From contig JBPOJC010000039.1 of assembly GCA_052034135.1 (NCBI GenBank), positions 1,543 through 65,542 of the forward strand: DNA of 64,000 bases, given 5' to 3'. Shown in pieces: positions 59,402 to 64,000 of this stretch; within the stretch, counting starts at the first letter, position 1; the number at the start of each line of letters is the position of its first letter. Origin of the DNA: Caldisericota bacterium (GTDB taxonomy: Bacteria; Caldisericota; Caldisericia; UBA6126; JAGPKI01). Both the position numbers and the translations under genes were made by a program. A model generated the notes under the pieces. It was not told the origin of the DNA. It did not search any database and was given only the letters and a program-made list of their open reading frames with translations.

Positions 59402-60750
59402 TTTTTTCTAAGGATAGAGAATTAAAATTTGTATTACTTGGAACTATATTAGGATTTCTTTCCTATTTTATTGGTGGTATAAATGTTTTTTTAGTCTTTC
59501 TTTTAATTGTAGCATTAATTCTTTCTTTCTTTAGAATTGAGATTGCGCTTCTTTCTCTTCCGTTTTTTGTAATTATTGATTTTTTAATTAAAAAATATAC
59601 AAGTGGATTTTTGGGTTTATGGGATGAAGGGATCTTTTTATTTCTTCTAATTGTTGTTTTTTATAGGCTCTATAAAGAAAAGAAGTTTAATTTTAAGTTT
59701 ACGAATCTTATATATCCTATTTTGGCTTTCTTAATAGTAGGACTTCTTTCTGCTTATTTTAGTAAAGATGTTACGTTAGCTCAAGGAATAGATGGAATTA
59801 GGTCTGTTATTCAACCATTCATATTTTTTCTCATAGTTATTAACTCAAAAATAAGCAAGAAATCGGCAAGATTTCTTCTATTTGCAGGGATCATCGCGGC
59901 TTCCATTGCAGCACTTTTTGGAGTATTTCAGTTTGCTCAAGGAGTATCAGTTCCACCTAATTGGCTCGATAAAGATACAGAAGTAGGAATTGGGACAAGA
60001 GCCTTTTCTTTTCTTGGTAGTCCCAATGCATTTGCTGCTTATTGTATTTTGTTTGCCCCAATTGTTCTTTCTTATATTTTCAAAGATAAACTAAAACTTT
60101 CTTACAAAACCCTCTTTATTATTTTGTTTTTAACAATTGTTGGGGGTATTATGAGCACTTTAACTCGCGCTGCATGGATTGCTTTTATTCCTGCTCTAAT
60201 TCTTTTTGGGATTCTAATAAAAAAAACAAAGATAGTTGTTCCAATAGTTTTATTGATTATTGTTATGACATTTAGTGTAGCTCCTTTAAGGCAAAGATTT
60301 TTAAATTTATTCTCAGAACAGTATCAAGAGAAAAGTGAAATAGGCGGTAGAACTTATAGATGGAATTTAGCAATGACTATTTTTGCAGAGAACCCTGTTT
60401 TAGGCAGAGGTCCGGGTAGTTATGGCGGTGCTACTGCATATAGATACCAGGAATTTAGTGGACTTTATGTTGATAATTATTATCTTGAAATATTATCAAA
60501 TTATGGTTTTTTAGGATTTTTGGTTTTTATATGGCTTATTTTGGAAATTATAAGAATATTTACAGTTTCAATAAAAAAATCTCAAGAAAAAGATAAAATT
60601 ATTATAATTGGAATTTTTTGCGGATTTATTGGTTTTTTAATTCATAATTTTACTGAAAATTTATGGGAAGTGATCCCGCTTTCTGTAACTTTATGGTTCT
60701 TGATAGGATTAACGGTTAACTTGGCTATTCAGGGAGGAGAAAATGATTGA
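59377..60750 (+). CDS. O-antigen ligase/polymerase-like (Wzy/WaaL family) polytopic membrane protein
   Basis: About 11 TM segments with a large periplasmic loop near the C-terminus. It sits in the glycan-assembly gene context. Confidence 0.5.
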   Translation: MDQRNIRVIFSKDRELKFVLLGTILGFLSYFIGGINVFLVFLLIVALILSFFRIEIALLSLPFFVIIDFLIKKYTSGFLGLWDEGIFLFLLIVVFYRLYKEKKFNFKFTNLIYPILAFLIVGLLSAYFSKDVTLAQGIDGIRSVIQPFIFFLIVINSKISKKSARFLLFAGIIAASIAALFGVFQFAQGVSVPPNWLDKDTEVGIGTRAFSFLGSPNAFAAYCILFAPIVLSYIFKDKLKLSYKTLFIILFLTIVGGIMSTLTRAAWIAFIPALILFGILIKKTKIVVPIVLLIIVMTFSVAPLRQRFLNLFSEQYQEKSEIGGRTYRWNLAMTIFAENPVLGRGPGSYGGATAYRYQEFSGLYVDNYYLEILSNYGFLGFLVFIWLILEIIRIFTVSIKKSQEKDKIIIIGIFCGFIGFLIHNFTENLWEVIPLSVTLWFLIGLTVNLAIQGGEND

Positions 60751-62041
60751 AAATGTGGCTATATTCGGATTAGGTTTTGTAGGATTACCTCTTTCTCTTA
60801 CCTATACAAAAAAAGGTGTTAGAGTAATTGGTGTAGATGTATCAAAAAACTTAATAGATTCTTTAAAAAATGGTGTTACTAATTCATGCGAGCTATTTGA
60901 TGGAGAAAGTGCTGATAAAGTTTTAAAGGATGCTTTAAAAAAAGACTTATTTATTCCAACTCTTGATGCTGCCTCTGCATTAAAAAAATGTTCAAACATT
61001 ATAGTAACTGTTGGAGTACCCATAAAAAGTGATCTTTCTCTTGATTATACATTTCTTGATAATGTTGCTGCTACAATAGGGAAATATATGAGAAAGGATT
61101 CAACCATAGTTCTAAGGTCCACTGTTCCACCACAAACAACAAGATTTAGATTTAAACCAATCATTGAAGAAGAGACTCATCTGTTGGCAGGAAAGGATTT
61201 TTATCTTGCTTATTCTTCTGAGCGAATGGCAGAAGGTAAAGCTTATGAAGAATTAACTTCCTCGGTAACTCCAGTTGCTGGCATAAATGAAGAATCTTTA
61301 AATAGAGCAATTGAAATCATTAGTGCAATTTGTCCGTCAGTTTTACCGGAATCTTCAATAGAGATTGTAGAAATTGCAAAAGTTTTGGAAAATGTATCAA
61401 GAGATGTAAACATTGCTCTTGTGAATGAACTTGCCTTATATACAAATGAACTTAGTGTGGATATCTTCAAAGTTATAGAAGTTGCCAATACTCATAAGAG
61501 AGTAAAATTATTGTCCCCTGGTCCTGGTGTGGGTGGATATTGCATACCTAATGCATTTTTTTATCTTGATAAAGTAGAACCTCCTGTTTATGAACTTAAA
61601 TTATGTAAAACTGCAAGAATTATAAATGATAATATGCCAAACGAAGTCATAAGAATTGCAGAGGAAGCATTGGCAAAAATTGGAAAAGATCCATGTTATG
61701 CAAACTATGCGCTGTTTGGCCTTGCTATGAAGGACTATTCAAATGATTTAAGATCTTCTCCAGCTTTAAAAGTCTTAGAGTTAATGAGAACCAAGAATTA
61801 CTCATGCAATTATTTTGACCCTTTCGTGAAAGACTCAGTTTATGGAATGTCTGAAACTTTTGAAGAATTCCTCGAAGGAGCTGATTGTTTAATGATTTTA
61901 TGCAAGCAGAATTTTCCTAAAATAAACGATTTAAACAAAATAAAAAAACTTATGAACACAAAACCCATAATAATTGATACAAGAAATGTTTTTGATACTA
62001 ATTTAGCTGAAAAAAAAGGATTTATAATTAAAAAAATATGA
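60743..62041 (+). CDS. Nucleotide-sugar dehydrogenase (UDP-glucose/UDP-ManNAc dehydrogenase family)
   Basis: N-terminal GLGFVGLP Rossmann motif, catalytic Cys in GVGGYCIPNA, and a C-terminal UDP-binding domain. Confidence 0.8.
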   Translation: MIENVAIFGLGFVGLPLSLTYTKKGVRVIGVDVSKNLIDSLKNGVTNSCELFDGESADKVLKDALKKDLFIPTLDAASALKKCSNIIVTVGVPIKSDLSLDYTFLDNVAATIGKYMRKDSTIVLRSTVPPQTTRFRFKPIIEEETHLLAGKDFYLAYSSERMAEGKAYEELTSSVTPVAGINEESLNRAIEIISAICPSVLPESSIEIVEIAKVLENVSRDVNIALVNELALYTNELSVDIFKVIEVANTHKRVKLLSPGPGVGGYCIPNAFFYLDKVEPPVYELKLCKTARIINDNMPNEVIRIAEEALAKIGKDPCYANYALFGLAMKDYSNDLRSSPALKVLELMRTKNYSCNYFDPFVKDSVYGMSETFEEFLEGADCLMILCKQNFPKINDLNKIKKLMNTKPIIIDTRNVFDTNLAEKKGFIIKKI

Positions 62042-63168
62042 TAACTGGAGAGAAAATTGTTATTTTCTCAACAATGGATTTTTATGATCTTCCTACGAGA
62101 AAGCAAAAAATAGCGTTACGTTTAAGTGAAAAAAATAAAGTTCTATATTTAGAACCACCAGAAACATATCTTTCTTTTTTTGCTGGGAAAAAGCATAAGA
62201 AATTCAAAGAAATCAACATAAATAATAATTTACATGTTTTAAAACTTCCTTATATTTTACCGTTCGGATTAAGGTTTTGGATTATAAATTTACTAAATTC
62301 AATCATAATAGAAAGATTTTTAAACAAGTGGCTTAAAAAAGAAGACTTAAATGATTTTATATTGTGGCTTTATCTTATCGATTTTCCATATCTTTATAAA
62401 AAATTAAAGCCAAAATATGTAGTTTATGACTGCGTTGATGATCATTCATCCTATGGGGGTTTGCGCTCTAAAAGTTTTGTAAATAAATGCGAAGAAATTG
62501 TCGTAGGGTCGTCTAATGTTGTTTTTGCAACCACTAATGAGCTCAAGAATAAACTTTACAAATACAATCCTAATGTATATGTTGTGAGTAATGGAGTGGA
62601 TATTGATTTTTTTAAAGTTAAAAATGTTCATATTTTAGATGATTTAGAAGAAATCAAAAAGCCAATTATTGGATATTTTGGGGCAATAAAAGATTGGTTT
62701 GATGTTTCAGTAGTATCTTTAGCTGCTAAAGAATTTAAAGATGCTTCTTTTGTTATAGTTGGACCTTATAATGAGAATATTAAGGATAAATTATCTAATC
62801 TAAAAAATGTTTATTTATTGGGAGGAAAACCATACGATTTAGCGCCTTCATATATAAATGCATTTGATGTTTGCCTTATACCGTTCATTATTAACGAGCT
62901 TACTTTAAATGTGAGTCCTCTAAAGCTTTATGAATACTTTTCTTTTGGCAAACCTGTTGTAACAATACCTATAAGGGAGCTTCTTAAGTACTCCCACTTA
63001 TTATATATTTATTCAGATAAAAACGAGTTTATCACCTGTATTGATAAAGCATTAAAAGAAAATAATATTTCTCTTAAGGAGAAAAGAATTCTCATTGCAA
63101 AGGAAAATTCATGGAATGAGAAATTTAACTTTATGTTTGATAAAATCACATCAGGTTTAACCTCTTAA
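62038..63168 (+). CDS. Glycosyltransferase family 1 (GT4-like) protein
   Basis: C-terminal Glycos_transf_1 pattern (GGKPYDLAPSYINAFDVCLIPF...SPLKLYEYFSFGKPVV, the ExxxxxxxE motif). Confidence 0.75.
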   Translation: MITGEKIVIFSTMDFYDLPTRKQKIALRLSEKNKVLYLEPPETYLSFFAGKKHKKFKEININNNLHVLKLPYILPFGLRFWIINLLNSIIIERFLNKWLKKEDLNDFILWLYLIDFPYLYKKLKPKYVVYDCVDDHSSYGGLRSKSFVNKCEEIVVGSSNVVFATTNELKNKLYKYNPNVYVVSNGVDIDFFKVKNVHILDDLEEIKKPIIGYFGAIKDWFDVSVVSLAAKEFKDASFVIVGPYNENIKDKLSNLKNVYLLGGKPYDLAPSYINAFDVCLIPFIINELTLNVSPLKLYEYFSFGKPVVTIPIRELLKYSHLLYIYSDKNEFITCIDKALKENNISLKEKRILIAKENSWNEKFNFMFDKITSGLTS

Positions 63169-63184
63169 ATTATTTATCTGTATA

Positions 63185-64000
63185 TTAAGGTTTATAGATT
63201 ATAGTTATTTCTTGATATTGTGAGTTCCATAGTACCTCTGCCCCTAAACCTTCCGAAATAAATCTTACCGGAACAAATGTTCTCCCATTTTTTATTTCAG
63301 GAGGTGCAAGAAGGGTATAAATAGTTCCATTAATGGTTGCTTCTCTGCTTCCAATATTAAGAATTATAATTTTGTCCTTAAGTGTTATTAAAATCCTTCC
63401 TTTACCAATATTTTGCCATTCTACTTTGGCACCAAATGCTTCCGATATGAATCTAAGAGGCACAAATGTTGTCCCGTTAACAATATATGGAGGAGCTTCA
63501 AGAGTAAAAGAGTTTTCTCCTATAAAAGCAATAACATTACCAATATAAAGTTTTATCTTTATTTCTGGTTTTGGTTTAATCTCAATTGATACGGGTATTT
63601 CAGCTTTTCCACCATTTGAATCTAAAATTATGAAAGTCTCAATTTTACCTTGATTTAATTTTTCTGAATCAAGGGATAAAGTTATTTCTTCTGTTTCATT
63701 TTGTTTCAGAGTAACGCTATGCTTATTAAGTTTTATTGGTAGATTAGAGTTCTTTACTGAAGCATTTACTTTGAGTGTTCCTCCGCCAACATTCTTAATT
63801 GTAATTCTTTCTTCAAATTTTTCACCTATTGTAATTTTGCCCTCTATTTTATCTACGTTGTCTTTAATTTTAAAACTAAGCTCAGGTGATGCCTCGACAA
63901 TTTCCACCATTACTAAAACTTTTAATTCAGTATTTTCTTTTCCGTAAGTTAATGTTATTGTTCCAGTATATTTTTTATAAGATGAATCTATCTCGCTAAA
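63185..64000 (-). CDS. Secreted stalk-repeat protein, C-terminal part (the gene continues beyond the window end)
   Basis: The minus-strand frame stays open through nt 64000, upstream of the track's Met. The C-terminus has two copper-amine-oxidase-N-like repeats (...NGTTFVPLRFISEAFGAKVEWQ..., ...NGRTFVPVRFISEGLGAEVLWN...). Confidence 0.6.
   Translation of the reverse strand, partial: FSEIDSSYKKYTGTITLTYGKENTELKVLVMVEIVEASPELSFKIKDNVDKIEGKITIGEKFEERITIKNVGGGTLKVNASVKNSNLPIKLNKHSVTLKQNETEEITLSLDSEKLNQGKIETFIILDSNGGKAEIPVSIEIKPKPEIKIKLYIGNVIAFIGENSFTLEAPPYIVNGTTFVPLRFISEAFGAKVEWQNIGKGRILITLKDKIIILNIGSREATINGTIYTLLAPPEIKNGRTFVPVRFISEGLGAEVLWNSQYQEITIIYKP

Overview
This is a low-GC (roughly 30%) bacterial chromosomal segment. 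Conserved housekeeping blocks dominate the ends. The left end carries tsf(partial)-pyrH-frr-uppS-cdsA-dxr-rseP. The right end carries gmk-rpoZ-fabZ-fabH-fabG-acpP-fabF-accD-accA, then a cell-envelope locus: a wecA-like GlcNAc-1-P transferase, wecB, murA, murJ, an LCP protein, an O-antigen-ligase-like protein, a nucleotide-sugar dehydrogenase and a GT1 glycosyltransferase. The middle holds hypF/hypB ([NiFe]-hydrogenase maturation), leuS, an SSS transporter, lpd, nfo and a DUF3006+MBL pair. It also holds many large secreted proteins that share copper-amine-oxidase-N-like 'stalk' repeats, variously fused to a C25 peptidase, a rhodanese, PQQ beta-propellers or an MBL hydrolase. The most accessory stretch is about 21-28.1 kb. 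It contains a radical-SAM enzyme preceded by a translationally coupled 21-aa Cys peptide and a Cas4/RecB-like nuclease, then coaE, then tRNA-Pro(TGG). Next to the tRNA sits a 3.7-kb islet encoding a DNA methyltransferase, a small unknown ORF and an HhH + NucS/Shedu-like PD-(D/E)xK nuclease. The methyltransferase coding sequence appears broken at two poly-A runs. The islet ends at a diverged remnant of the 3' end of the nagZ-like gene found at 5.3-6.5 kb. Three copies of a previously unrecognised hairpin-rich intergenic repeat family lie between hypB and hypF, directly upstream of tRNA-Pro, and upstream of gmk. Their hairpins show compensatory base changes. No rRNA, CRISPR array, integrase or transposase was seen.
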